A stretch of DNA of 64,000 bases from Candidatus Obscuribacteraceae bacterium (GTDB lineage Bacteria > Cyanobacteriota > Vampirovibrionia > Obscuribacterales > Obscuribacteraceae): contig JBGAHS010000002.1 of assembly GCA_044226015.1 (NCBI GenBank), forward strand, positions 96,001 to 160,000, written 5' to 3'. The translations under genes and the position numbers were made by a program. Below the pieces are notes generated by a model, which saw nothing but the letters and a program-made list of their open reading frames with translations, had not been told where the DNA came from and made no database searches. This document shows positions 38,991-48,936 of this stretch, in pieces. The first letter of the stretch is position 1, and every line of letters starts with the position of its first letter.

Positions 38991-40988
38991 CTAGCTGACC
39001 GTTGTGTATGAATACGTAGCACCGGTCTCAACGCCAACGACGATTTCGCCAGCCTTGTTTCCAGAGCTTCTTTCAACGAGTTCAACCTTCCAGGTTGGCT
39101 CGCCGTGTCCATTCTTCTCGCCCTTGGTCACAGCAGCTGGACGCAGTCTTTCAGCGTAGTGTGTGCGCAAGTAGTGATAAGCCATCTCTCTAGCGTCATG
39201 TTCGGTGACATTCAAGCAAATCTTGGTAGCGCCGAGTATGCGTTTGACGTGGTCAACGACATAGTTTGGCTCAAGTGGTTCGCCATCATATTTGGTGACA
39301 TGATCGTCCATCGAAATACCTGTTTCAGCCTTGATGTGACGTGCCATCTGGCTCGTAAAGTTAAGCTCAACAGAGATTTTCTTTTTGCACTTGCTAAGAA
39401 TTTCTGAGACTTCTTTTGCATGGAACGGAGCAATGTACTTGAGGATCAAGTAATTGGTCTTGGTACCACCTGCGGTGAGTCTCTCAGCAGCTTCTCTGAT
39501 GACGCCGTAGCTTGAACCCCAACCAACCAAAGTCACGTCTGCATCAGCTGGTCCTTCCAGAACAGGAGCCTTGAGGTCCTTCAGAAGGTTTTCAACTTTG
39601 CGCATGCGCTTTTCCATCATCTTGCGGCGCATGGGTGGGCTTGTGAACATATCGGAAACAAGAATGCTCTCTTCATCGTGTTCATCAGTTCCAGAAACAT
39701 ACAGAGTATTCGCAGTGCCTGGAATTGCTCTCGGAGAAACACCACTAGGAGTGTTCTTAAAGCGCTTATATTTGCCGTTCTTTTCGACATCCCACTCGCT
39801 AACCATCTGTCCGCGATCGATCTTGATGTCGGTGCGGAAGACTTCAGCATCAACTGTCTCTGGGTGCTCAGAAAGCAACAGGTCAGACATAATCAAAACT
39901 GGCATTTGGTATTTATCTGCAAGATGGAACGCTTCCACTGTAGATTCATAAGCATCTGGAATGTCACGTGGGCAAACAATCAAGCGTGGGAATTCGCCTT
40001 GCGAAGCTCCGAACACCTGATGCAAGTCTGCTTGTTCAGTTTTTGTTGGAAGTCCAGTTGAAGGTCCGCCACGTTGAACTTCGACCACTACTACAGGCGC
40101 TTCCATGATGCCAGCCATACCAACTGCTTCAGTCATCAAAGCGAAGCCACCACCTGCGGTTGCGCACATTGAACGCACTCCACCGAGCCCGGCTCCGACC
40201 GCCATGTTAATAACGGACAATTCATCTTCCGCTTGCTTAACGCAGATGCCAGCTTGTTCAGCATGGTTAGCCATCCAGTGAAGAATGGTTGATGCTGGTG
40301 TCATCGGATAAGCAGAGTAGAATTTGCAACCAGCTGCTGCAGCTGCCATAGCGATGGCTTCATTGCCTGTGCAGAATGGTCTTCTTGTGTTGTTCATCTT
40401 CCACTCAGCATTGAGTGGCTTGAAGTTCTTTGTTGCATAGTCATAACCAGCTTGCAACAAGCCAACGTTTAGATCGATAACCTTATCGCCTTTGTGAGCG
40501 AAGGTATCTTTCAATACGTCAATGGCGCTTTCGACGCCAAGTCTGGTGAGTCCCAACACCGCACCCACAGCTACTGTGTTCTGCATGATGGGAAGAATAG
40601 GTCCATGCTTTTCGACCACTGGCTTTGTTATTTCAGCCATTGGCAGTCCAACGATTTGCACATCCTTTGCTTTCGGAAGTGCTGGATCTACTTTCAATTT
40701 GTCAGAATTGAATACGAGGTAGCCGCCCTCGTCCAATTCGGGAAGATGTCTTTCGATACTGTCCTGATTGAGCGCGATAACCGCAGTGAGCTTATCGCCA
40801 TGGTTATAAACTTTTTCCTGACCGATTCTTAGTCTGAGCCAGATGTGACCGCCTCTGATGATGGACTGATAGCTGTTGTAGGCATACACATGGAGACCAT
40901 GCCGACCGGCTGCTCTTGCCAGGGTATCGCCAGACTTATCAAGACCGTCGCCTGCAGCTCCAGCAATTCCTACCGTAACTTCTAGCAT
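38991..40988 (-). CDS. korA: 2-oxoacid:ferredoxin oxidoreductase alpha(gamma) subunit with C-terminal extension
   Basis: GAAGDG, SIIRGGH, YPMTPAS, QAEDE, QRGGPSTGLPTKTEQAD and KYDGEP. Start set at MLEVTVG with a GGAG RBS. Confidence 0.92.
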   Translation of the reverse strand: MLEVTVGIAGAAGDGLDKSGDTLARAAGRHGLHVYAYNSYQSIIRGGHIWLRLRIGQEKVYNHGDKLTAVIALNQDSIERHLPELDEGGYLVFNSDKLKVDPALPKAKDVQIVGLPMAEITKPVVEKHGPILPIMQNTVAVGAVLGLTRLGVESAIDVLKDTFAHKGDKVIDLNVGLLQAGYDYATKNFKPLNAEWKMNNTRRPFCTGNEAIAMAAAAAGCKFYSAYPMTPASTILHWMANHAEQAGICVKQAEDELSVINMAVGAGLGGVRSMCATAGGGFALMTEAVGMAGIMEAPVVVVEVQRGGPSTGLPTKTEQADLHQVFGASQGEFPRLIVCPRDIPDAYESTVEAFHLADKYQMPVLIMSDLLLSEHPETVDAEVFRTDIKIDRGQMVSEWDVEKNGKYKRFKNTPSGVSPRAIPGTANTLYVSGTDEHDEESILVSDMFTSPPMRRKMMEKRMRKVENLLKDLKAPVLEGPADADVTLVGWGSSYGVIREAAERLTAGGTKTNYLILKYIAPFHAKEVSEILSKCKKKISVELNFTSQMARHIKAETGISMDDHVTKYDGEPLEPNYVVDHVKRILGATKICLNVTEHDAREMAYHYLRTHYAERLRPAAVTKGEKNGHGEPTWKVELVERSSGNKAGEIVVGVETGATYSYTTVS

Positions 40989-41277
40989 CCTGTTCGTCTC
41001 CTTCGCCAAGCGCAAAAGGGGTAATTTCTGAGCCAGCCCGAGTTGTCTCGTTCTGCCTCTTAAAGTCAATCGTCCATATCAAAATGGCTTGTTAAGCCAA
41101 CAGATATAAAACGACCGGGTTAGGATAGCATAACCGCTCATAGCATTTAGCTTATGAATAGCTTTATTAAGCGAAAGAGGCTTCGCGAGCGGTGATCAGC
41201 ATTTCATGTGCACACTATCTAGATTTACTCTTACAGTTCAACCAAGCTTTCGCTCGAATCCGCGCATCTTATGCCAG

Positions 41278-41310
41278 AAAAACAAAACGAGCGCTTGACA
41301 GGCGCTCGTT
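41278..41310 (-). terminator. Intrinsic terminator
   Basis: Minus strand AACGAGCGCC-TGTCA-AGCGCTCGTT followed by TTGTTTTT. Confidence 0.7.
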
Positions 41311-41328
41311 CATTTTGCTTTCTGACTG

Positions 41329-41880
41329 CTAGGGCAATCTCTTCGCCCGCGGCACCATCTCGTCGTACCAGCTGCCGTAATAGTCTGGGTAATCTTCACC
41401 AGTCGTAGACGTAATCGTCTTTACAAGGGCTCTTCTAATGGCTCTACGTCCGCCTTTCTTGTAACGGTTCAACCATTCAAGCTCTTTAGGATCTACCTTC
41501 ACACCGGCTTTGAGCAGCTCTCTCACGATGCTGATTTCGTGAACAATCGCCTCGGTTTCTTCTTCTAGGCAGCGCTCCACAAACTCTCTACGTCCCGTTT
41601 CTCCCACAACTGGGTCAAGCGTTGGACGCACAAGAGCGTGAACAAATTCATGCGCAATGCTAATCAGCTTGTAGTTACGCGGACACCATCGACCTATATA
41701 AATAGTACGTCGACGCTTGTCGTAGTAAGCCCGACAAGGTCCATCCACCTGACGAATCTTGACACCTTCTGACTTGATTCTTTCGATATCAGCTATAAGG
41801 GTAGGTGACTTGAGAGCCACCTCAACCAGGCGTTTGCCAAACTGCTTCTTCAAATTGCGCAGAACCTTAGGGGGTAACAC
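41329..41880 (-). CDS. Small basic HExxH protein (putative zincin)
   Basis: AYYDKRRRTIYI, IAHEFVHAL and downstream EEETEA; K/R-rich. Start set at the GTG behind a GGAG RBS. Confidence 0.65.
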   Translation of the reverse strand: MLPPKVLRNLKKQFGKRLVEVALKSPTLIADIERIKSEGVKIRQVDGPCRAYYDKRRRTIYIGRWCPRNYKLISIAHEFVHALVRPTLDPVVGETGRREFVERCLEEETEAIVHEISIVRELLKAGVKVDPKELEWLNRYKKGGRRAIRRALVKTITSTTGEDYPDYYGSWYDEMVPRAKRLP

Positions 41881-42160
41881 AGCAACTCCCTCTCCATGAA
41901 AGTGAACGCAGATTAATTTTAGCGCAATATCTTGGCAAGCACAAATGGGTAAAAGCCTTATTTTTCGAGACATTTGGCGAATTTAGGGCGTTAGTGGGAA
42001 ATTAAATCATTGATTAACTTTCGCTAATATTGCTGGCGAGGTCGATTTCACTAAATTCGTGACTGGGGGTTTCCATAAGTTCGCTAGTAGAAACCTTAGC
42101 TGGGGTTATCCCTAAGCACATGCTAGACTGAAATGTATCCTGTATTCAGCGAGTCTGGCT

Positions 42161-43528
42161 GTGACTTATAGAGAAACCGCGCCGAGAACTAGCGCGAATT
42201 TAGTCGACAAAATCGCAGTTGTACTGAGCAAGCGGCAAGATCGAATCGATCTTGCAGCCGGTGTTTTTGCAGAAATTATCAATGGTGGAGCCAATAGCGC
42301 CACACTCTGGCAGAGAGAAAACAGAGCCAGCACTACTTTTTTCGTCGACCAGTCTTCTTGCAGAACCGAAGCAGGCGAAGCCTTAGATGCAAGCAAACTT
42401 GAACAGTGGAAAGAATGGTCGGAAAATGGCTCTAGAGAGCCAGCGATGCTGGACAATGCTGACGATGTTTTCGGCGGTTCAGCAATGTCGAAGCACTCAG
42501 TTATAATGCCTATTCATGCGCAAGACGGCAGTGTTATCGCATTACTGAGTGTCAATCATGGAAATGAACAACGACTGCAAAATCATCAGCTTACGCCCAC
42601 AGTTGCACAGCTCTTACTTAACGCAATCTACACCGACAAGCGTTCAAGCCAAAACTCCACGCTGCAATTGCAGAATGAGCTCTGGCTTGAACACAATCAT
42701 AGATTGATAATTCAACGTATTATTTCGAGGCTCGATCGAGATTATGTCTTGCAATCTGCCGTTGATACATTAGGCAACATGCTGAAAGTAAGTTCTTGCC
42801 TTATTCTAAATTGTGACCCCTCACAAAAGCCTCGAATCACACACGAATATGTGGATCCAGAACTATCTCCACTTGGGCTAGGTTGGAGCATGGCGATACC
42901 ACCTGTGATAGCAGCACAAATGTGTGAACGCACCACAGTGCTTGAAGAGTCTGGTATTAGAAAACATGAGCAAAGCCAGATAATTGACGGCGCAGAGTCG
43001 ATGTATGAAAGCAGCATTCGCAGTCTCGTTGGCACACCTATACTTTCTGTAGGCACCAGCCTCGGTGCTTTAGTTGTACAAAGTGACAGAGAACGACGCT
43101 GGCAGAGAGAAGAAATAAAACTACTGGAAGCCACAGCTCATGCAATTTCAATAGCTTTAAGAAATGCAGATCTATATCAGGAAGCAAAAGAACAAGTATT
43201 CAATTTAAACCTGGTAAGCAACCTCACCAGACAATTAAGCACAGCAGTAGAGCAAATCTACCGTGCACCGCAAAAGAGCGAACCATCGCTGATGATGGGA
43301 GAAGATGAAGATGGTGTTCTTCAAGCTGGCAAAGCCCCCCCGCTTTCAGCCAGAGAATTAGAGGTTCTCAGACTGATTGCTTCCGGGCTAGCAAATCGCG
43401 AAATTGCGCAGAGATTGTTTTTGACAGAGTCAACTGTAGAGCTTCACGCTTCACGAATCAGGAAAAAGTTAAAACTGAAGAGCAGAACTGCTCTTGTAAA
43501 GTACGCTTGCGACAATCATTTAGTTTAG
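42161..43528 (+). CDS. GAF-domain LuxR-family transcriptional regulator
   Basis: GAF (IRSLVGTPI...GALVV...RRWQREEIKLL) and C-terminal LSARELEVLRLIASGLANREIAQRLFLTESTV. Confidence 0.9.
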   Translation: MTYRETAPRTSANLVDKIAVVLSKRQDRIDLAAGVFAEIINGGANSATLWQRENRASTTFFVDQSSCRTEAGEALDASKLEQWKEWSENGSREPAMLDNADDVFGGSAMSKHSVIMPIHAQDGSVIALLSVNHGNEQRLQNHQLTPTVAQLLLNAIYTDKRSSQNSTLQLQNELWLEHNHRLIIQRIISRLDRDYVLQSAVDTLGNMLKVSSCLILNCDPSQKPRITHEYVDPELSPLGLGWSMAIPPVIAAQMCERTTVLEESGIRKHEQSQIIDGAESMYESSIRSLVGTPILSVGTSLGALVVQSDRERRWQREEIKLLEATAHAISIALRNADLYQEAKEQVFNLNLVSNLTRQLSTAVEQIYRAPQKSEPSLMMGEDEDGVLQAGKAPPLSARELEVLRLIASGLANREIAQRLFLTESTVELHASRIRKKLKLKSRTALVKYACDNHLV

Positions 43529-44829
43529 AGCAATCCTCTAGCCTTGATTTCAAGATATTTGTCCACTAATCGACTCGAAAGATCTTGCGGCGGACTATCC
43601 AAGAGCAGGCAGCCACGGCGCACAAGGTGGGAGAAAGCGAGTTCTCGCTGGGCAATCAAATCATTAGCAACGGCGCGCTTCATTATGCCCTGCAAATCAG
43701 GCGCAGACTGCTCAGAAATGCGATCAACTTCTCTGTCTCGCAAAGTCACACAGAAAGGAAGATGGCGCGGACTCAAGCTAGCCAAGCCGGTTAGGAGCGA
43801 TGCAGAACCGGTCGGGTCAGTCAAATCACTGATCAAAACCATTAGCGAACGAGATTTCTGAGCACTAGCAAAGAAAGATAAAGCACCTGTGTAATCTGGT
43901 TCAACCATTTTTGGTCTGAGATCACAGCACGCTTCGAGAATTTTCGTTAGATATGATTTTCCTCGGCGAGGTGGCATGAACAACAAAGGCTTATCTGCAA
44001 AAATTCCCAGACCCACCTGGTCGTTGCGCATAAGTCCGGTAAGAACAAGTGACAAAGCTGCATTTAACGCATGGTCAAAACGACTGAGTCCTTCCAGATC
44101 AGAAACCATCATTCGTCCAGCATCGACAAGCACCATCAAGGTCTGCTCTTTCTCTACTTCGTAAACACGAAGAACCGGTCGGTCTCTGCGGGCTGTGGCT
44201 TTCCAATCCATCGACCTGATATCGTCACCGCTCACATATTCTCGAAGCGAAGAGAAATCAGTTCCCTGACCTCTTTTCCTTACCTTGAGTACGCCGAGTT
44301 CTGATGAATGGGCTAGTTTCACTGACAACTCTTGAAGCGCTTTCAGGTCAGGATAGACACGCACCTTTTTTGTTGCAGGAACATTTAGTTGCCGCCAAAA
44401 AAGTCCCAACGCACTTCGATAACGTAGTGTGATATCGCCGAATTCAAATTCGCCACGACGACGAGGAAACAACATGTACTCGAGCTTAGCGCGACTCTTA
44501 TCGGCGAGCTTGAAATCAAACTCTTGCACATCAGCTTCCAAATCAACGGGGTAGCAATCACGCAATTGTATTTGCAATGGCTTCAGCGCATTGCTGTAGA
44601 CTTCAATTAATACCTCGTTCTGCCGACCAATTGAAAGCCGGTCTGAACAAAATCGTTGCGCTGAAATATTCTTTGAATCTGGAGTTATTCTCGCATCAAT
44701 TAACACAAGGAAGAGCAATACAGCATCAATTGCCCATGCGATGGCTGCAACTCTGGGCAGCCAGATTGAGGCAAAGAGAATAGCTACGCCAGCAAGCAAC
44801 AAAAAATAGAGGAGGCGTGCAGGAATCAT
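43525..44829 (-). CDS. DUF58 (vWA-like) MoxR-associated protein
   Basis: VRVYPD, GTDFSSLREYVSGDDIRSMDWKATAR and VDAGRMM; N-terminal TM helices. Confidence 0.92.
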   Translation of the reverse strand: MIPARLLYFLLLAGVAILFASIWLPRVAAIAWAIDAVLLFLVLIDARITPDSKNISAQRFCSDRLSIGRQNEVLIEVYSNALKPLQIQLRDCYPVDLEADVQEFDFKLADKSRAKLEYMLFPRRRGEFEFGDITLRYRSALGLFWRQLNVPATKKVRVYPDLKALQELSVKLAHSSELGVLKVRKRGQGTDFSSLREYVSGDDIRSMDWKATARRDRPVLRVYEVEKEQTLMVLVDAGRMMVSDLEGLSRFDHALNAALSLVLTGLMRNDQVGLGIFADKPLLFMPPRRGKSYLTKILEACCDLRPKMVEPDYTGALSFFASAQKSRSLMVLISDLTDPTGSASLLTGLASLSPRHLPFCVTLRDREVDRISEQSAPDLQGIMKRAVANDLIAQRELAFSHLVRRGCLLLDSPPQDLSSRLVDKYLEIKARGLL

Positions 44830-44833
44830 CACG

Positions 44834-45784
44834 CTATCTCGGCACGGGAACCAATCCCAACAACTTATTGATGACTTGAGTTGTGTTAATGCCCTCAAGC
44901 TCTGATTCTGGTGTCAAAATCAAGCGATGCCGCAGCACTGGGTGCGCCACAAATTTGATATTGTCTGGGGTGACGAAGTCTTTTCCTTCCATAGCTGCAT
45001 GAGCCTTGGCGGCAGCCAACCAGGCAAGTCCGGCTCTCGGGCTTGCACCCAATTGCACATCGGAAAGCGAGCGAGATTTTTGAATCAGTTGCATCAAATA
45101 ACTGAAAATACTGTCTTCGACTCGAATGCTCTTCATGTGCATTCTGCAATTTAGAAGTTCATCAAGCGAAATCGCTGGTTGCAAATCAGTCTTTTTCTTG
45201 CGGTCGTAAACACCGTTCTGCCAATTTGCAAGCATTATAGTTTCGGCATCACCTTCAGGATAACCGACAAGAATTTTGAGCATAAAACGGTCTAACTGTG
45301 CCTCAGGAAGAGGATAAGTGCCTTCAAACTCAACAGGGTTTTGAGTCGCCACCACCATAAAAAGTTCTGGCAACGCTTCAGTATGCCCATCAATAGTAAT
45401 CTGGCGCTCTTCCATCGCCTCAAGAAGAGCAGATTGGGTCTTGGGTGCAGTTCTATTCACTTCGTCTGCAAGCAGCAGGCTAGTGAATATTGGACCCTTC
45501 TTTACGCTGAAAGTTTTGGTGGTCAAATCATAAATACTGGTGCCGAGAATATCAGAGGGAAGCATGTCTGGTGTCAACTGAATTCGACCGAAGTCAGCCC
45601 CTACAAGCTTGGACAGAGTCTTCACTAACATAGTCTTTGCCGTACCGGGCACCCCCTCTAAAAGGACGTGACCATCTGCAAGAATTGCCACGAGCAACTG
45701 GTCAATGACCATGTCTTGCCCGACTATATGCTGTTTGATCGCAGCAGCAAGGCGCCCAATGGTTTCAGAAATTGATTGCGACAA
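44834..45784 (-). CDS. moxR: MoxR-family AAA+ ATPase
   Basis: GHVLLEGVPGTAKT, RIQLTPDMLPSD, LLADEVNR, ATQNPVEFEGTYPLPEAQLDRF and GASPRA. Confidence 0.95.
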   Translation of the reverse strand: MSQSISETIGRLAAAIKQHIVGQDMVIDQLLVAILADGHVLLEGVPGTAKTMLVKTLSKLVGADFGRIQLTPDMLPSDILGTSIYDLTTKTFSVKKGPIFTSLLLADEVNRTAPKTQSALLEAMEERQITIDGHTEALPELFMVVATQNPVEFEGTYPLPEAQLDRFMLKILVGYPEGDAETIMLANWQNGVYDRKKKTDLQPAISLDELLNCRMHMKSIRVEDSIFSYLMQLIQKSRSLSDVQLGASPRAGLAWLAAAKAHAAMEGKDFVTPDNIKFVAHPVLRHRLILTPESELEGINTTQVINKLLGLVPVPR

Positions 45785-45835
45785 TTGCGTATTCAGAAAC
45801 TGTTTCTCCCGAGATGCATGATTCTAACACAAAGC

Positions 45836-47038
45836 TCAAGTACCCAAACGACGGACTGAATGAACTGCAAGATGCACTTTGCTTGCATCATAGAGACGGT
45901 CACATTCTTTCATCACACTGACAAGTTCCTCGTTACTGATTTCACTTGCATTCTGTAAGCGCTCTGCAGTCTGCAAAAATCCCAAAGTTTCCTTCAAACT
46001 GATATTGGTCGAGTTCGACCACTGAGCTGCAAGCACTTCATTTTTCTCATCAGGAGGCAGTGACAGAGCCTTGCACAGTCGCAAATGGAATGAGCCAAAC
46101 AAAATTTGAAACGCGGTGCGATTTGCACGAGCTTTCATGAATGTATGTGCCATGCCATCAATATATTCTTTGGAAGCAATTTTTCTTGCGTTAGAAATAC
46201 TCCACACTGGTCCAAATTTGACATTCTGAGCATAAAGGTAGAGAACAAATAGTAGTAAGACTTGCAAGGTGACCGCACCCGCCGGCCCCTTAGCCAGATA
46301 CACAAAAGCATTCATAGCACTGGAGTATCCATGTGCTCTTTCATCAAACAAAATCGTGTCATGATCGCTAACGATGTTTGAAAGAAACTGGAAATTGCCC
46401 CACTGACCTGTGTCTGAGACACGCCGATTTGAACAGAGACTTGGAACGTTTATTATGTAGCAATCACCATCGCCATGAGCTTTCTGAACTGCAAGCGCGC
46501 CATATTTGTCAGATACGAGTTCTTTTCCTCCTCGTAAGCGGGTTTCAGAACTCATTACAAGTTGATGTACATGATCAAACTCCGGCTCTTTTTGCAGGTT
46601 GCTGCACTTCCAATTGTCTAGGGTAGAAGAAATCGTTGCTGAAACAGACAATTTTTGAAGCAGATAACGACCCGAACCGTACATGCAATGGTCAACGTAG
46701 ATAAGCGTGTTGCCTTTGGCAACCCACTGCAGCACATGGTCAATGTCGCTTGGCATTAAAGGCACCGTAGGTGCCACCACAAGCAGAACACTCTTATTTG
46801 CAGTAAGTTCCCTGTAAGACTTCTCAAATCTCACACATTTACGACCAAGCCTTTCGTTCAATTCGTAGAAAGCCTTATAGCCACTGCTTCTGTCATTATA
46901 ACTTGATGCATTTGTTATAGTTTCAGGCAGATAATGCCCAAATTCATGACCAAGACTTGAAGACAACTGCGATGCCAGAAAACAAAAAAGGCAGAGAAGC
47001 GGTATTTGCCAGATGAGATTCTTGCGCCAGTCAGTCAT
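45836..47038 (-). CDS. DUF4350-domain membrane protein
   Basis: N-terminal TM; SSYNDRSSGYKAF, WVAKGNTLI, LFDERAHG and KFGPV; MoxR operon context. Confidence 0.75.
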   Translation of the reverse strand: MTDWRKNLIWQIPLLCLFCFLASQLSSSLGHEFGHYLPETITNASSYNDRSSGYKAFYELNERLGRKCVRFEKSYRELTANKSVLLVVAPTVPLMPSDIDHVLQWVAKGNTLIYVDHCMYGSGRYLLQKLSVSATISSTLDNWKCSNLQKEPEFDHVHQLVMSSETRLRGGKELVSDKYGALAVQKAHGDGDCYIINVPSLCSNRRVSDTGQWGNFQFLSNIVSDHDTILFDERAHGYSSAMNAFVYLAKGPAGAVTLQVLLLFVLYLYAQNVKFGPVWSISNARKIASKEYIDGMAHTFMKARANRTAFQILFGSFHLRLCKALSLPPDEKNEVLAAQWSNSTNISLKETLGFLQTAERLQNASEISNEELVSVMKECDRLYDASKVHLAVHSVRRLGT

Positions 47039-47711
47039 GGACAGACTCCCTCAAGGCAGCAAGTTTAGCCTGCGAAATTCTGTCAACCTCAGAGTCGGCC
47101 TGCGCAAGCAGGTTTAGACAAGCGGTGTAATCGTCCTCTTCAGCCTGGCGATTTCCAAACCAGACATGCTCAACAATGTCTGCGAGATTTATGAACTCTT
47201 TTTGCAGCGCCGGGTAAGACACGAGCAGATATCGATATTCAAAATTTGTCTTCGCCGGAGCAAATACTACGACCGACTTCTCATGCATATTTTGCAGGAA
47301 GCAAAGGTAAATAGAGCGGCAGGCTGACTTGAAATCTCTTGTTTTTGCATAGTTAGCCGCTTCGGCTTTATATCCACTCGAGTCCAAAATCTTCTCAACA
47401 GCAGCAGCACCGCGTCTGGTGGCAGCCAGCTTTTCAGTTTTGTCCTGTGCCTTCCGCCAGAGAACATAAAGTATCGCGATAACAGCCACTGCACCGAGCA
47501 AATAAACAATGTACTGAATTACCGTACTGACAGCAGAATTGTTAGCACCTGAATGTGGGCGCAATCGAAAAAAATTCTCCAGCAGGTCTTGAGCGGCCTG
47601 CAAAAGCTGCTGAATGAGTTCTTGAACGCGAATCATCCAATCAGGAACAGGCTCGCTTTTGTATGAAGGGGCTATCGCTGCCAGCTCTGCGCTAACGTCC
47701 CGATGGCTCAT
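47031..47711 (-). CDS. DUF4129-domain membrane protein
   Basis: One TM; DFKSACRSIY, KTNFEY and EHVWFG; MoxR operon context. Confidence 0.75.
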   Translation of the reverse strand: MSHRDVSAELAAIAPSYKSEPVPDWMIRVQELIQQLLQAAQDLLENFFRLRPHSGANNSAVSTVIQYIVYLLGAVAVIAILYVLWRKAQDKTEKLAATRRGAAAVEKILDSSGYKAEAANYAKTRDFKSACRSIYLCFLQNMHEKSVVVFAPAKTNFEYRYLLVSYPALQKEFINLADIVEHVWFGNRQAEEDDYTACLNLLAQADSEVDRISQAKLAALRESVHD

Positions 47712-48669
47712 TTTCTGCTCCCTGTGCCGCTTTCAGCAGATTTAACCGCCTCACAATGTCCAGCCCTTCAGCTCGCTGGCGTAAATCAAGATAGAACAAA
47801 CCGAAGCAAAGAAGCGTCACTGGTCGCAATAACAAACCGGTAACAGCCTCCCAAGCCTGAACGAAAATCAGAACGCCAAGCGAGAGTTCAGAGTCCGAAC
47901 TGTAAGTTCCCTGCGCCTGCCTTATGGCTACGTCTGCTACAGAAGCAAAAACGACTGGAATAGAAACCGGCACAGTCACGATAGAAAAGACAATGTAAAA
48001 AACGCAGGAGAACGCCATGACTCGGCCAAAATACTTAAAGGTCCAATGAAAAGTTCTTCCAATGAGCCCAAAAAAGCTGTCCTCCTCGCAGGACAAAACT
48101 GAAAAGCCCATTACGCTAAGCAGCCCCAGAAACATGAGGCTGATAAAAAAGCCAATCATTCCAATGAATATACCGACCGCCGCAAAAATGCTGCCAATAG
48201 CTGCACTTTTGGCAGATACGACCGCCGAAAGCACCATGACACATACCCAAACGCCGATAAGTACACCACTGACAGTCACAGTGACGCCTGTCAAACCCAG
48301 CAACCACAACCATCGAGACCTGGCGAAGGCTTCTGCCTTTTCCCAGGTGCTAGAAAAGCCTGTCAGATAGCGCAACAAGGCAATCTGCCGGAGAGCCATG
48401 AAGATCAAAGCGAAGAGGTAAACCAGCGCCGAAACTATAACTAGCCCAATGGAAACGGCAGCCATGCCGAAGCCAGCCTTGAAACCGTAAGAAACGCACC
48501 ATTGCAAAACAGAAACGGAAACAAAATACAGGACGGTGGGTGTTATCAATGCTTTGAAAATGAGTTTGAGATTTTTGCGCCAAATGCGGAACGCAAGACT
48601 GATCAGGTCGCACAACCCGAGGGTTTGATCAATCGGGATAGGAGTTAGCCGATTTTCAGCGCTTGTCAT
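47692..48669 (-). CDS. Multi-pass membrane protein of MoxR/DUF58 operons
   Basis: About six TM helices; LISLAFRIWRKN and terminal LFYLDLRQRAEGLDI. Confidence 0.75.
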   Translation of the reverse strand: MTSAENRLTPIPIDQTLGLCDLISLAFRIWRKNLKLIFKALITPTVLYFVSVSVLQWCVSYGFKAGFGMAAVSIGLVIVSALVYLFALIFMALRQIALLRYLTGFSSTWEKAEAFARSRWLWLLGLTGVTVTVSGVLIGVWVCVMVLSAVVSAKSAAIGSIFAAVGIFIGMIGFFISLMFLGLLSVMGFSVLSCEEDSFFGLIGRTFHWTFKYFGRVMAFSCVFYIVFSIVTVPVSIPVVFASVADVAIRQAQGTYSSDSELSLGVLIFVQAWEAVTGLLLRPVTLLCFGLFYLDLRQRAEGLDIVRRLNLLKAAQGAENEPSGR

Positions 48670-48936
48670 CGAAACCTTTCAGTGAAAAAAGACTGCTGTC
48701 TTACATACTGCCACGTTCAGAGAAATTGAACACAAAAAATCTTTGCTTACGCATCCAAAAGTTTGTGAAATCGGGCATACTGGAAGTGGGGAAAAATCAA
48801 CCTTGTCTATTGTGAACCCGAGAAAAGCTCTCAGCGCCTCACAATACAGACCTGGGAGGAAATTGTGGCACAATTTCTGGTGATTTGAAAAGCTCACAAG
48901 AGCAAATGGGGTTGGCACTCACTGGCGGCTTAAATC

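Noticed and set aside
48679..48918. 79-aa ORF between the MoxR operon and the HD-GYP gene
   Set aside because: No recognisable features; occupies the expected divergent promoter region.
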